Below, piece by piece: positions 17,075 to 31,574 of a DNA stretch of 64,000 bases (position 1 is the first letter of the stretch; each line of letters begins with the position of its first letter). Origin of the DNA: the human T2T-CHM13v2.0 reference genome, Homo sapiens; the NCBI RefSeq assembly GCF_009914755.1, contig NC_060932.1; one strand, written 5' to 3'. The notes under the pieces are model-generated. The model did not search any database and was not told the DNA's origin. It saw only the letters and a program-made list of their open reading frames with translations. The translations under genes were made by a program, and so were the position numbers.

Positions 17075-17240
17075 TATGTCCACATTGTTGTGCAACCAAT
17101 CTCCAGAGCTCTTTGATCTTGCAAAACTGAGACAGCGTACCTATTACACATCAAACTCCTCGTTCCCAGTTCTCCTCCAGCGCCTGGCAGCCACTATTCT
17201 ACTTTCTTTCTCTATGAATTACATTACTCTGGATATCTCT
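17075..17240 (-). mobile_element. L1M (L1MB-like) 3'UTR fragment
   Basis: cacattgttgtgcaaccaatctccagagctc...ctggcagccactattctactttc...tctatgaatt matches the antisense old-L1 3' end. Confidence 0.8.
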
Positions 17241-19540
17241 TCCAATTTTTATTATAGCCTGCTTGACGTTGTAAAGAAATCAAATGTTTGGCCCAGTAGC
17301 CACTCTCCTCTCTGCTTGCTCCATCACGCTGAAAATCAACTGGTAGCTTCAGCTGTAGCAGACGGAGCCCTGAGCTCTCCTGACTTGTACATGCGCTTGT
17401 AAGTACACAAAATGCCCTGCTCCCTAGTTTCTGCCTGCACGAGTTCCTCCATATCCCTGCCCCAGGGCTTCCTGCTTTACTTTCTCCTCACATCCCTTCC
17501 TGTAGACTCCTTCGCAAAAAAAAAAAAAAAAAAAAAAAAAAATTATGTTTGCCTCATGAGCTCCCAGGGCACAGCTTTGCTGCCTCTCAGCTGCCCAGCC
17601 GACTCCACTCGCAAGAACAGTGTGTTCCTGAATTTTTTTAATAAAATAAAATAAATTGTACTTTTATATTATACATTATAATTGAGTGTGGTAGAAATAA
17701 AATTTAATTTCAGGTACTTTTGATAATGTGGCTCTGGGGTTTTTACTGAAAAAGTAAAAATTCAATAAAAAGTATTCTTTAGGGAAATGTGTTTTTAAGC
17801 CTTTTAGACACTTAAAGCTAACTTTTATTAGGGGTTCATTCACAGACTGTACACTTTTATGATTTCTATTCATATTTTTCTCACTTTTGCTTAAAAAAAT
17901 CTTTTCTTAGAGAAGAACTGTTTTTCCAATAAAAATGGAATGAATTCCCATACATTAGTCTCTTCTCTGTAAGTGCCCTTCTGAGCCCCATGCACACAGA
18001 AGAGAGTGAAGACCAGTGAAGCTCTTTAGGGAGCTAAATAATAGATGCAGATGAGTGTCTAACATCTATACAGACTAGGTTCCTGATAAACATTGAATTG
18101 AATCTCCTGGCAGGCCAGGGTATTAATCTGGGGAGAAGGAAAGCCATGTGAGTTAAAAGGGGAAGTATCACAGAACAGAAGCAAACAATAGTACCTGAAG
18201 TAACCTTAGCAATAATAGCCTAATAGCAAATGAAGAAAAGGAGAGACGGGAAAAAATAAACTGGCACCAGAGACCCCTGGGAAAGACTCATAATCAGAGG
18301 TACCAATAAAGGCAAATGTAAATACAGAGCCTCAGTCTTCTAAGGCCTCAGGCTCAGAAATTTTACCCATGGTTGCTAGACCATGGAAGTCACTGTTTCC
18401 TTTATCTTGGAGGCAGGCTAGACTGAAATGATAAAGAATCTGGACTCTGACATTTAGATTTACAGTAGTGCACTATTGTTTGTAAGGGCATTATTGATTA
18501 GAGTAGGGCAAAAAGATGGGCCAACATAATTTGTTTTAGTCTATCCTGTATTATGGTTACTTGTTTGTCTGCCACCAACTATGAAATGTGACTTTAGGAA
18601 AGCAAATATGGCTATCATTACATCTTGTTATAATAAATGAATAAAAGTGAATCATTTTATCATTTTCAGGTGGTCAATAATTGTTGAAATACTATAATCT
18701 TTTATGCATTTTTTAATTTTTATGAAATATTTTCCTGTTCCTCCCCAAAGGCATATAAAATATTTTGCTTTCAATTAAAAAATTAAAAATATTACAAACA
18801 AAACAATCCTTGCCCTCTTTGGGCTTTCAGAGTATGTAGACTTTCTAAAAAGTCTTTGTAGTGAAATAAAAAATATTTTAAAAGTTAAATGATGTCTTTA
18901 GAATATCTTAATTTTATTTTTTGTTGTTGTGGGTGTGAATATTATTAATTTTTTACCGCAGGTCCTTCTTAAAAAAATAACTAATAGATAATAAAATCTA
19001 TGGAGAAAACAATAGCTTTAAAAATAAAAGTCTTTGAAAAAAATGAGCATGGTTTTCAAATTGACTTGATCCAATCAAACTCTTATGTCTCCTTTAAGTT
19101 AAAGATGCTTTCCTAGTTCCACATGAAATCACTTATAAAAAGAAAAAGTACATCTATGCCCTGGAGAATTACTCAGTGAGTATGTCAGATCCTTCAGTTA
19201 TAATATGTATGGGCACATAAAAATTTATAAGTCTCAGTGGTATGCAACTGCTCAGGTAGTTGGCATCTGAATCCTTCATTTTGAGAGCTCAAAATATTTT
19301 GTGAGTTCAGGTGACTTTGACTTCTTCAGTAAATGTTTTTGGCATTTTGGGCCCATCTGCTCCTTGGTAGACACAGTTCTAAACTCTGGAAATACAAAAG
19401 AATTCTGATAGCTAATTTTGAATCTTTTCTAATTTTGAATCCATAACTATATATATTCATTATATATAGTGCAAAATATCACATATATGTATACATGTAT
19501 ACATACATAATGTGTGTGAGTTTATAAATATGAAATTCAT

Positions 19541-19620
19541 CAGGTGCTGTGGCTCGTGTTTGTAATCCCAGCTACTCAGGAGGCTGAAGCAAAAAAAAAA
19601 AAAAAAAGTTTGAGCCCAAA
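19541..19620 (+). mobile_element. Alu monomer/FLAM-like fragment interrupted by A17
   Basis: caggtgctgtggctcgtgtttgtaatcccagctactcaggaggctgaagc-A17-gtttgagccca. Confidence 0.8.
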
Positions 19621-19624
19621 ACAG

Positions 19625-19649
19625 TGTGTGTGTGTGTGTGTGTGTGTGT
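19625..19649. repeat. (TG)12 microsatellite
   Basis: Seen directly. Confidence 0.95.
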
Positions 19650-21178
19650 AATTATATTTACTTGACCAAGGACCAAGGATGCTACCTTAACTTGCATTTA
19701 TCTTTACAAAAAAATAGATGGCTTAACCTAGTATAGTTTAGATCATTCCTAGTTTTATTTTTAGAAAACTAATCAAGTGGATATTTGTCTATTAACACTT
19801 ATGTCCATGTTTCCTACAATACTCATAGAAGATGTCAGAATACTTCAGAATTAGTATTAAATTGTGAGAGATGGGAACTACAGTAAAATTGATGTAATCC
19901 AATTCAATTGAGTTGTAAAGTTATTGATTTTTAAAAAGCATTAAACATTATGCACTGTGTATACTTTTAATACAGTTTTTCAAAGGCTACAGTGCTTGTC
20001 TAAAGTTATACCAATGAACCTTTATAAATGCAGTTTCCTCTCATCCCTACCCAAAGGATGCTTCAGGAAGAGGGGGATTTATACCACAGTCATTTCATGG
20101 ACCGTAAAACCTCAAGTGTTATGCCATAGTTATGCAATCATTTTGATGCTTGACAACTTGTCTTTGTTACATAATTATATTATTTGAAACTCAGCTATAA
20201 CTGAAAAAGGAAAAACATTAACATAGGAACTTTCTGATTAATCATTGTAAACAGCGAGTTGTCTATTCATCAAGTAAAAGTTTAGAGAATTTGAAGCAAA
20301 AATAAAATATTTGCACATTTTTCAAAATTCAGGTAACATCTTTATAAAATTGTGCATTTAATGTGCTTTATGTGTATATATCATTTATACTGCATTCAAT
20401 AAGAATATCAAATTCAGTCTTTAAACATAAATAATGTGAATTTTATATATTTAAATAATCCTTTTGTTTTTTGGATTTCTAAATACAAATAATCTCATTT
20501 GCTTTTTATTATTGAGAAATTTATGAGATCACAGCTTACATAACCAAATGAGATAACATGTATAAGAGCACTGAGTGTGGTGCCTAAACACCCAATAATT
20601 CACTGCTCTTGCCCTGGATAGCCCTGACTTACCAGCTGAAGGCCAACATGGGTCCTTGTCAGTCACAGCAACCAACAGAGGCCCCCAGAGAGGGCTGGGA
20701 TGGTGCTGTCTACTTCACTGCCCTGATGCTTTTAAAAGGTTTGCAGAACAGTGGTATAGAATAATCACAGTTATTGAATTCTTGTCTTGCCCCCGTTTAA
20801 AGTAAGAAGATAATGTTGCTCTACTGAAAATTTGAAACTACGTTTCATTTTATTCATGAGAAAATTCATTCCCAGTGAGATGAATGGGGGGTACTGTTAT
20901 CCTGTGGCCTTGGTAGGATTTAACTTTCATGGATGTGCCAGTTCAGTTTATTACTCTGAGGCACAATTCTGCCTTGTTCTCTTCTATAGCCACTGTATTT
21001 CTTACTATCCATTATACTAGTTTTCTTTTGTGACATTTTATCTTTCAAATATTAGATTAAAAATCCTGTTTGGAATGAAGCTCAAACATTTGGCATTATA
21101 GTTCATGTTGTGAGAATTTCTTGTTTTTACTATTTCTAAACAATATATTTCTCTTGGATTGGATAGGGTCAAATATAA

Positions 21179-21498
<320 letters not shown>

Positions 21499-22149
21499 TA
21501 GGGTCAAATATAAATTATTTCCAGTATCAAATGAATGACTTGAGATATAAAATTTTCCTTAATGTTTTACACCTAAATGTATAACTTATATGGTTCAATT
21601 ACTTGTATTGTTTGTTGTAAAATCTTATTTAAAAAATAAATGTTGTTTTTAAATTTTATTTAAAAAATAAGATCACTACATTTCATGCAAAGTAAGTTGA
21701 AGAATCGATACTTTATAGTAGGAAGAGAATCAGCATGCTAAGTACAGCATGCTAAGTATAGTTTAAGGAATTCTTACATGGCTGATTTCATTAAAAGGTT
21801 GCCCATTCCCCAATAATAGCATTAAAAATGTTTGGCTGGAGGTGTGTCATGGAAAGTAAGTTGTCTCGGTAATCTTAAAATTGTAAGCATCTGTATCATA
21901 AAGCAATCTGTTCTTCTGTTGGAGTATGTTTTTTTTACCTCTGCCTTACCAATTTCCAGAAGGAAAATTGTCTGAAAGTTGTTTTTGGTTGAATTCTAAT
22001 TAATCAGCTTTCCCTCTGGTGGCCAGGATTAGATTCCTAAGGTACTAAAATGTCATAATAATGAATTGAGAATGAAAGTTTCAGAGGCACAAAGTGATGG
22101 TTGAAATATACTGAACATGTTTTAAAAGTGGAAGCAACCACAATGTTTT

Positions 22150-22419
22150 TTTGTTTGTTTGTTTAATTTTTATTGTTTTGAGACAGGGTCTCACTCTGTC
22201 GCCCAGGCTGGAGTGTAGTGGCACGATCTCCACTCACTGCCACCTCTGCCTCCTGAGTAGCTGGGACTACAGGTGCGCATCGCCATGCCTGGCTATTTTT
22301 AAGAGAGATGGAGTTTCACCGTGTTGGCTAGGCTGGTCCCAAACTCCTGACCTAAAATGATCTGCCCGTCTCGGCTTCCTAAGTGCTGGGATTACAGGCA
22401 TGAGCCACCGCACCGAGCC
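22150..22419 (-). mobile_element. Alu SINE with internal deletions
   Basis: Antisense Alu lacking the ggttcaagcgattctcctgcctcagcctcc segment. TSD acaatgtttt at 22140-22149 and 22421-22430. Confidence 0.93.
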
Positions 22420-23541
22420 TACAATGTTTTAAATCTATTAAAATCAATATTGAAATCACATTTCTTATTATCTCTGGAGAGGATATTAACAATATTAAGT
22501 TGTGATACCATTTTGTTAATATAGATTAGGCTTTTAGTTATAGATGACAATAGAAATTTTTTTATCATTACAATATGAGGGGTTAATGACTAAAAATAGT
22601 TCATATAAATTATATTACATAAAATAAATACAGTTAAATAAGGTGCATAAACAATGGCAATGCAAGTTTTGATAATCAAATTCACTACTGCAAATAACTC
22701 AGCAGAAGGGATGGTTTTCTTCAGTTATTTGGTGGCATATTCTCTCATGATAGGTAATACCAAATTCATGTGATTGTTTTTTAAACTTTGATTATATTTA
22801 TAGACACCTGTTTGGCATTCATTCCATGATGATAATGATAATGATCTCTATTTGACTTAGTAAATCTGATATGACCTTTATATTTTATAAGTACATATTT
22901 TTCATGTATCAAAGGTTTCATAGAAGTCTACTTATTAAAAATCCAAATAATTTCTTTTTATAACAAAGACCTAGTGAGATAGGCTTTATAGAAAAGTGTT
23001 AGAGTTCTACAAATAAAAGAATTAGGTTCATTTGAATTTATTGAAGTGAACAATATTTTAGTATTAGTTCTATTATAAAACATCCTAAAAACTTTCAAAG
23101 CAAAAGTTGTGCTGATCAGACCTATCGAGGTAAGTTTCTGGCATTAGGGTAATGTATAAAATAAAAAAGGGGAAAAATATGCCCAGATCAACAGAAAAAC
23201 TGCAATAATCTGAATTTCTTGTGCCAAGCAGAACTGTATATATTTTACTTCCACTTTCCTGATAAAGGATCTAATTGGGTCACTGTTCTTCAGATAATGA
23301 AGAGTGTTCTACAGTGTGGGTGGAGCACTCATTATGACCCCCTCTCATATGACTGGCCTGAATTGGAGTAAGATTCTAATTATCGATTAAGTCAATTGTG
23401 GTTAAGCTGGAGGTATCACACCAGGCAAATCATTGGGATTGTGCAATATTAATGACTTTTCCAATTTCTTGTGTTGCCAATTTTATCAGAATATGTGTAC
23501 ATGATACTCAGTATAGCCCAGATTAAATAATAAACATCTGA

Positions 23542-23905
23542 GTGGCCATGCCTGTAATCCCAGCACTTTTGGAGTGGTTCATGCCTGTAATGTGGTTCAT
23601 GCCTGTAATCCCAGCACTTTTGGAGGCCAAGGAGGGCAGATTGCTTGAGCTCAGGAGTTGGAGACCAGCCTGGGAAACACCATAAGACCTCATCTCTACA
23701 AAAAGTACAAAAAAAAAAAAAAAAATAGCCAGGTGTTGTGGTGCATGCCTGTAGTCCCAGCTGCTCGGGAGGCAGAGGTGGGAGGGTCACATGAACCCAG
23801 GAAGTCAAGGCCATGATCGTGCCACTGCACTCCACTTGGGCGTCAGAGTGAGCCACGGTCTCAAAATAGATAAACAAATAAATAAATAAATATGTAAATA
23901 TAAAT
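23542..23905 (+). mobile_element. AluJ-type SINE with reiterated 5' end
   Basis: AluJ-like ttgagctcaggag and gtgggagggtcac, (TAAA)n tail, three copies of the gtgg..catgcctgtaat head. Confidence 0.92.
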
Positions 23906-24576
23906 AAATATCTGGGTATGGAGAAGAAAAGTCTTCTGTAATAGATGCTGAGATTAAAATGCAAGAGTATCCCAAAATTCCTAGCTAGAATGAGCAATTC
24001 CATTTGCCCTTAGCTTATGTTGGGAAATGAAAAGTAGGTTATGTTTGGAAAAGTATGACAAATTACATTTTGGAAATTCTGAGTTTGAATAACATGTTGG
24101 TTTCCATGAGGAGATACTTCCAATTAAGTTGAAGTGTCATACTGGACCCCAGGAGGGGGGAGTCATATCTAAGCAGATGGTGAATATGTAGTGAAAACAA
24201 TATATATAAGAGTGTCAAATACAAAATCATAGGATGCCTGAAAAATTAAGAGTATAAATAAAACATACAAGAATAAGAATGAGTTAGAAGAATAATTTCC
24301 AGAATGGCAATGTGAAACAACCATAAAAATTAAAATTATAAAACAAAAGTAAATAAACAATTATTTAAAGTCTCTGGAAATTATCTCAAAGGCATACTGC
24401 AGGATAAGATACACCTAAAAAGAGTCTTCTTGGGGTCACAACAACCTCAAAATCTGTTTCCAAAATCTATTCTTGAAATAGGGCCCAAATTTAATTGGAT
24501 CAGACAGTGGAACAATTTATGCCCAGAGCATTTTTGAATATAGTTGTGAAATTATCCTGAAATTAGTAGACGCTAA

Positions 24577-24981
<405 letters not shown>

Positions 24982-25904
24982 TATTAGCAATGAAGGAAAG
25001 AAAGAGTCAAAAGAGCTCTATTAAAACCATTGATATCCCAGGGTGACTGTACACAGGCTCAAGGCTGTGACTTGTGAGGAGTGACACCAGAGACTGTACA
25101 TGGCAGGAAAAGAGACTCCAGAGAAATAATCTAACCAAGTAGCTAGAGAAACAGACACAAAACAACAAAATGCCTTGGGATAAAGGGGATAAAAATGGGC
25201 GTGCAGAGTTGTTACAATATATTATCTAAAATGTTCAATTTTCAACAAAAAAATTAGGACACAAAAACAAACAGAAACTGTGTCCCATACATATGAAATA
25301 AACCAAGTTACAGTAACTTCTAGATGCCAGATTTAGCAGAAGACTTCAAAGCAGCTATTATCAATATGTTAGAAGAATTAGTGCAAATGATACACAGAGT
25401 AAAGAAGTGTAGGATGACAATGTCTCATCAGGTAGGCAATATAGGTAAATAGAGAAAATTATTTTGAAAAGAATCAAATGAAAATTTTGGAGTTAAAAAG
25501 CACAATCAATAATTGAAATGAAAAATACACTACATGAATTCATCAGTAGGTTTGAGCTGGCAGAATAAATAATCAGAAAATTTGAATGTATGTTGCTAGA
25601 GATTATGCAATCTGAAGAACAGAGAAAAAGAAACAAAGAAAATTTAATAGAACTTTAGAGAATAACCAATGTATGAATAATGAGAATGCTTTGCACAAAA
25701 TACTTTGATATAAATGAAAATGAAGTCACAACACACAAAAGCTTATTAATGCATAGAACTTAAGCACTACATAGAGATAAATTTATAGATTATATGCCTA
25801 TATTTAAAGAACATTTCAAATGAGTAACCTAGTCTTTTTCATTAAAAAATGAAAAAGCAGCAAAATAAACAGAAAAAAGGAATAAAAAAGATGAGAGAAA
25901 AAAT

Positions 25905-26118
25905 ATAGTAACAGTAATTTACTGTATATTTAAATACAACTGAAAGAGTTATTGGAATGTTTCTAACACAAAAATGTCATAAATTCTTGAGGTGATGCAT
26001 ACAATTACCCTAATTTGATCATTATAGAGAGCATGCCTATGTGAAAACATCACCTGTACCCTATAAATATATATAACTATTATGTATCCAGAGTCACTAA
26101 AAATAAATTTTAAAAAAT
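25905..26118 (+). mobile_element. L1MA-like 3' end fragment nested in the older L1
   Basis: ttgaggtgatgcatacaattaccctaatttgatcattat...tgtaccctataaatatatataactattatgta plus an A-rich tail. Confidence 0.75.
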
Positions 26119-29100
26119 GTAAAGTAGAAGATATAGAAAATTGGGGAAACCAAAAGTTGGTTCTCTGAAATCATTTTCTAAAATCGACAAACTTTTAGCT
26201 GGAATGACCATTTAAAAGAGTGAAGATTCAAATTACTAAAATCAAGAATGAAAGAAAGATCTTAATAATGACCTTACAAAATTAAAGAGAATGATAAATT
26301 AGTACCCTGGAAAACTGTATACAAATAAATTCAATAACTTAAATGCAACGAATTAACTCTTAAAAATGATATAAACTATAGAAATTGACTCAAAAAACAG
26401 AAAATCTGAATAGATATATAAGCAGTTAACAGATTGAATTATTATTTTGAAAACTTCCAACAAATTAAAGTCCAGGTTTTACTATACCTTTCCCTTCTGG
26501 TGAATTTTACCAAACATGCAATAAATAGTCAATATAATTTTTAGCAAAATCTTTCTAAAAACATGGTAAGATGAAACACTTCCCAACTTACATTATGAGG
26601 CGAGTGTTACCCTAATGCCAAAAACCAGGCAAAAACATTAAAAGAAAACTACATCCCCCTGTCTCTAGAAATATAGACACAAAACTCCTTGGTTAAATAC
26701 TAATGAATCTAAATCAGCAACCTATTAAAAGGAATATGCATCATGAACATGTTTGATTTATCTCATGAATACAAGGTAGTTTTAACATCTAAAAACCAAA
26801 CAATGTAATATATTGATACAGTAATAAAGAAAATCTGTGTAATTATAGTAATATGGAAGTAATATAAAAGAAAAGCATATCACAAAAGTCAATATCCTTT
26901 CATGGTAGAAACACTAAATAAATTAAAAACAAAAGTAAACTTTCTCAATTTGATAAAAAGTATCCATGAAAAACCTATAGCTAACATAACTTATTGTGTA
27001 AAACAGAGTATCTTTCCTGTAAGATCAAGAACAAAACAAGGATCTGTGCTCTTGCCACTTCTATGCAACATTATTAGAAGTTCTAGCAAGGGTAATTAAG
27101 GGGAAGAAAAAAGAAATGAAAGAAAGAAATACAACTGTCTCTATTTAGAAATCATATGATCTTGTACATAGAAAATCATAAATTCACCAACATTTATTAA
27201 AACTTATAAATGAATTCAGTAAATTATATTTCTATATACTATAATGAACAATCTGAAAATGGAACTAAGAAAAACAATTACAACACCAACAAAAGGAATG
27301 TAAGACTGAAACTGTAAATAATTGGATGGCAACACGTCCCATATTGATCAAAAGATTTTATACAATCTTTATTAGATTCTAGCTTGGTTACTTATACAAT
27401 TTTGCAGAAATTGACAATGTGATTTGAACATTCATATGAAATGCAATGGATCCAGAATAACCAAAAAAATCCCCTAAAAGAACAATGTTAGAGGCCTCAC
27501 AATTTCTTACTTCTTGTATATATGTATTACAAAACTACATAAAATACATAATGTATTACAAAACTACAAAAATCAAAATGGTGTAATATTGGCGTAATGA
27601 TAGACATAGAGGTTAATGGAATAGACTTGAGATTCCATAAATAAACACCTATATTTATGGTAAATCTATTTTCAATTTGTGCACAGGCATTTTAATGGAG
27701 AAAGAAGTGTCTTGTAAATAAGCAGTGCCAGGACACATGTAACATGATTAAGTTTGACTCCTTCCCCACATAACAAACATAACTCAAAATGGATCATAAG
27801 CATAAATAAGGCCTAAAACTACAAATATTATTCTTAGAAGAAAACATAGAAGGAAGTCTTCATGATGGTGTGTTATGGGAAGACTTCTTAGATATGGCCA
27901 ATAAGCTTGAGTAGCAATAGAAAAAATGGACAAATTGAACTTATCAAAATAAAAATCTTGTATTCTTCAAAAGACACCATTAAGAGAATCAAAGGGCAGC
28001 CTAGAAAACTGGAAAAAGTGTTGGCAAATTATGTATCTGATGATAGACTTGTATACAGAATACATGAAGAGCTTTTACAACTCAATAATAAAAAGACAAT
28101 AATTTAACTTAAAATGGACAAAGAGTCTGAACAGGCTCTCCTCCACAGGAGGTATGCAAATCAACAATAAACACATGAAAAAGATGATCAACATCTTTTT
28201 ACCTGCCAGTTGCAAATCAAAACCACACAATTAAATGGCATTTCATATACACTAGGATGCCTGTGATCAAAAAGAAAGGTAATAGAAAGTGTTGATGGGG
28301 ATATGAAAAAATTGGAGCCCCGATGCAAGGCTGGTGGGATTGTAAAATGGTGCAGCCATCTGTGAAAACACTCTGGCCGTTCATTAAAGTGTTAAACTGT
28401 GACCACACAACCTAGGAATTCTACTCCTAGGGTTATACCCAAGAGAAATGATAACATAACATTTATCCACACAAAAACGTGTACAATATTATTCATAATA
28501 GCCAGAGGGTGAAAATAACCTAAATATCCATCAACTGATAAAGAGATAAACAAAATATGGTACATCTCTATAATGGAAGAATATTTGAGAATAAGAATAA
28601 GAAATAAGAATAAGAAAAAGAAAGAAGAAAGTAATGATACATGCTGTATAACTGAGATGAGCTTTGAAAACATTACGCTATTGAAATAATCCAGTTACAA
28701 AAGAGCACATATGTTGTGATTCCATTTATATATAATGTCCAGAATAGGCAAATCCATAGAGACAGAAAATAGGTTCGTGGTTGCCAGCATATGGGGTAGA
28801 GAAGAATGGGGTGTGAATGCTTGTGAGTACTTCTCTTTGGTATGGTGGCATGTTCTAAAATTAGATAGCTGTGATGTTTGCACAACTGTATAAATACTAC
28901 AAACCAATGAATTATGGCATTTAAATTGGTGAATATTAGGGTGTATAAATTCTATCCCATTAAAGCTGTTAAAAAATAATGTCTGAAAGGAGAATTCTTA
29001 ATGATTTCTCCTCCTGAGCTATCATTATACTGTACTGTTTCCACGCCTCCCTTACAACATGTCTTCCTTTGCGGGAACAGAACTGGAACACACTGGAAAC

Positions 29101-30363
29101 TTATACATATCTGACCCATATTTTTGGAGCTATGTAACATAGATTTGTAAATAGAAAGAGACTTTCCAAATTACATTATTGTATTGTAATAGTTTTCAGA
29201 ATAAGAATGTAAGAAGATAAAAAATATTCAGAAATGGTACCACGTTGTATAATAGGTCAAGGTGTGTGGGAGAAAAAAGTAAGAGAGTTGTGAATAAGCA
29301 AGTTCTACAGGGACTAACTGTACCTCCATTTGTAGCAGGTCCACCACCGGGCACTAACTTGGCAATTTTGCATATTAAGAGTCCATTTTACATATTAGGA
29401 TTTGATATATTTCTTAAATTTGGGGAAAATTTTTTATTTCAAATGTACAGAAATTTGCACACTTGATTTGAAGCAAGTTAACTTTTCTATTATTAGAGAC
29501 ACTTCATAGTTAACTAAACCTTGGTGGGTATAAGCCTTAAGTGCATACAGGGAGCCTCAGCAACCTTGTTACCTGGAAACAAACTCCCACACATCTGCAT
29601 TGACAAATGGGTGGTGTTGGAAGAAACTTAAATTGCCTTTCATGATAGTGCCTACCATCAGCAGAAAGGGGGAATTCTAAGCAGCATGCTTGTCCTGATT
29701 AAATGCTTTGCCATCGCTGTATGGGTGGAAGTGGGTTTTATTTAGTAATGGACCTCTTGAGAACAATTATGTTTTATGTATTGCTTTAAGTATTAATTTA
29801 TAGAAATAGTTCAAAATATAATGCTGAAAGCTTATTCTTAGTAAAGTGCTCACACATACTAAAATCACCTTTATTAGAATAACACTAGTGATAATTATAT
29901 TTTGATTTTGCATTTGTTCACTTTCTTGGCTAGAGATTAAATACATATAGATAGAGGAAGTTGAAAGCAAAGTATTATTTCTGCAGAAATATGTAATTAA
30001 TAAATACCATTTACATGTTTTAAATCTTTTTTTTGTGGAAAAAACACTAGTCATTGCATGCATGCTTATATGTATACTTAAAATTATCATATCTTTAAGA
30101 AGTTCAAGGAGAATGATACATAAGGGTTTTATTCACCCAAAAGGTGGGAATAAGACTTTTCTCTGGGCTTATTTTTCCCACCACATGCATGGGAGTACTG
30201 GCAGGTGCAAAGCCCAGAGTGGGGTCAGGGCCAAAGCGGGAGGGGGGCACTTTACAAGGTTCTCTAAGTATGATTCTTTGACACTCACTCTATTTATTTC
30301 TTTATTTTCAGTAATAGCTTTTATTTAAAAATTTTTCTTCCTCTGTTGTAAATTTTTCTGAGG

Positions 30364-30841
30364 TTTTTTTTTTTGTCGTCGTTGTTGTTTTATTTTCATT
30401 TTACTCTAAGTTCTGGGATACATGTGCAGAAAGTGCAGGTTTGTTACGTAGGTATACATGTGCCATGGTGGTTTGCTGCACCTATCAACCCATCATCTAG
30501 GTTTTAAACCTCACACACATTAGGTATTTGTACTAATGCTCTCCTCTCCTTCCCTCCCACACCCCGAAAGGCCAAGTGTGTGTGATATTCCCCTCCCTGT
30601 GTCCATGTGTTCTCATTTTTCAACTCCCACTTATGAGTGAGAACATATAGTGTTTGGTTTTCTGTTCCTGTGTTAGTATGCCAAGAATGATGGCTTCCAG
30701 CTTCATCCATGTCCTTGCAAAAGACATGAACTCATTCTTTTTTATGGCTGCATAATATTCCATGTGTATATGTGCCACATTTTCTTTATGCAGTCTATCA
30801 TTGATGGGATTTTGGGTTGGTCCCAAGTCTTTGTTATTGTG
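30364..30841 (-). mobile_element. L1PA (PA7/8-like) 3' end fragment
   Basis: taagttctgggatacatgtgcag...ggtttgctgcacctatcaacccatcatctagg. Antisense translation gives the ORF2 C-terminus MEYYAAIKKNEFMSFARTWMKLE. Confidence 0.92.
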
Positions 30842-31178
30842 TTCTCTGGGATTTATGTTGAAGAGTGGTGTTGATTATTGAACGAATGAAACATTAGAAC
30901 CATTATATTCCTGTTGAAAATACCTTTGAATTCTTAAGCATGTAAACATATGGGGAAAGTTCTCTTCCTCTCAAATCCTTTCTACCCTCTACCTTTAACC
31001 TTCTAGTCCCTCAGGATATCCATTATATAGTCTGTAGTTTATTGAATTTTACTACAAGCCTTTTCAGTGTTTTTAAATTGTGATGGGTGTATATGTGTAC
31101 ATACAAGTATATGGATATACCTATAAAACTTATTTCCTGTAGTATAATATGCTTCGTCTTAGTATAATTGAGACATGA

Positions 31179-31574
<396 letters not shown>

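Noticed and set aside
24146-24165. CTCF-like ccaggagggggag
   Set aside because: Mismatches at core positions; expected by chance in 64 kb.
27522-27568. 18-bp duplication atgtattacaaaactaca in L1M
   Set aside because: Ordinary local slippage in a dead repeat; not an array.
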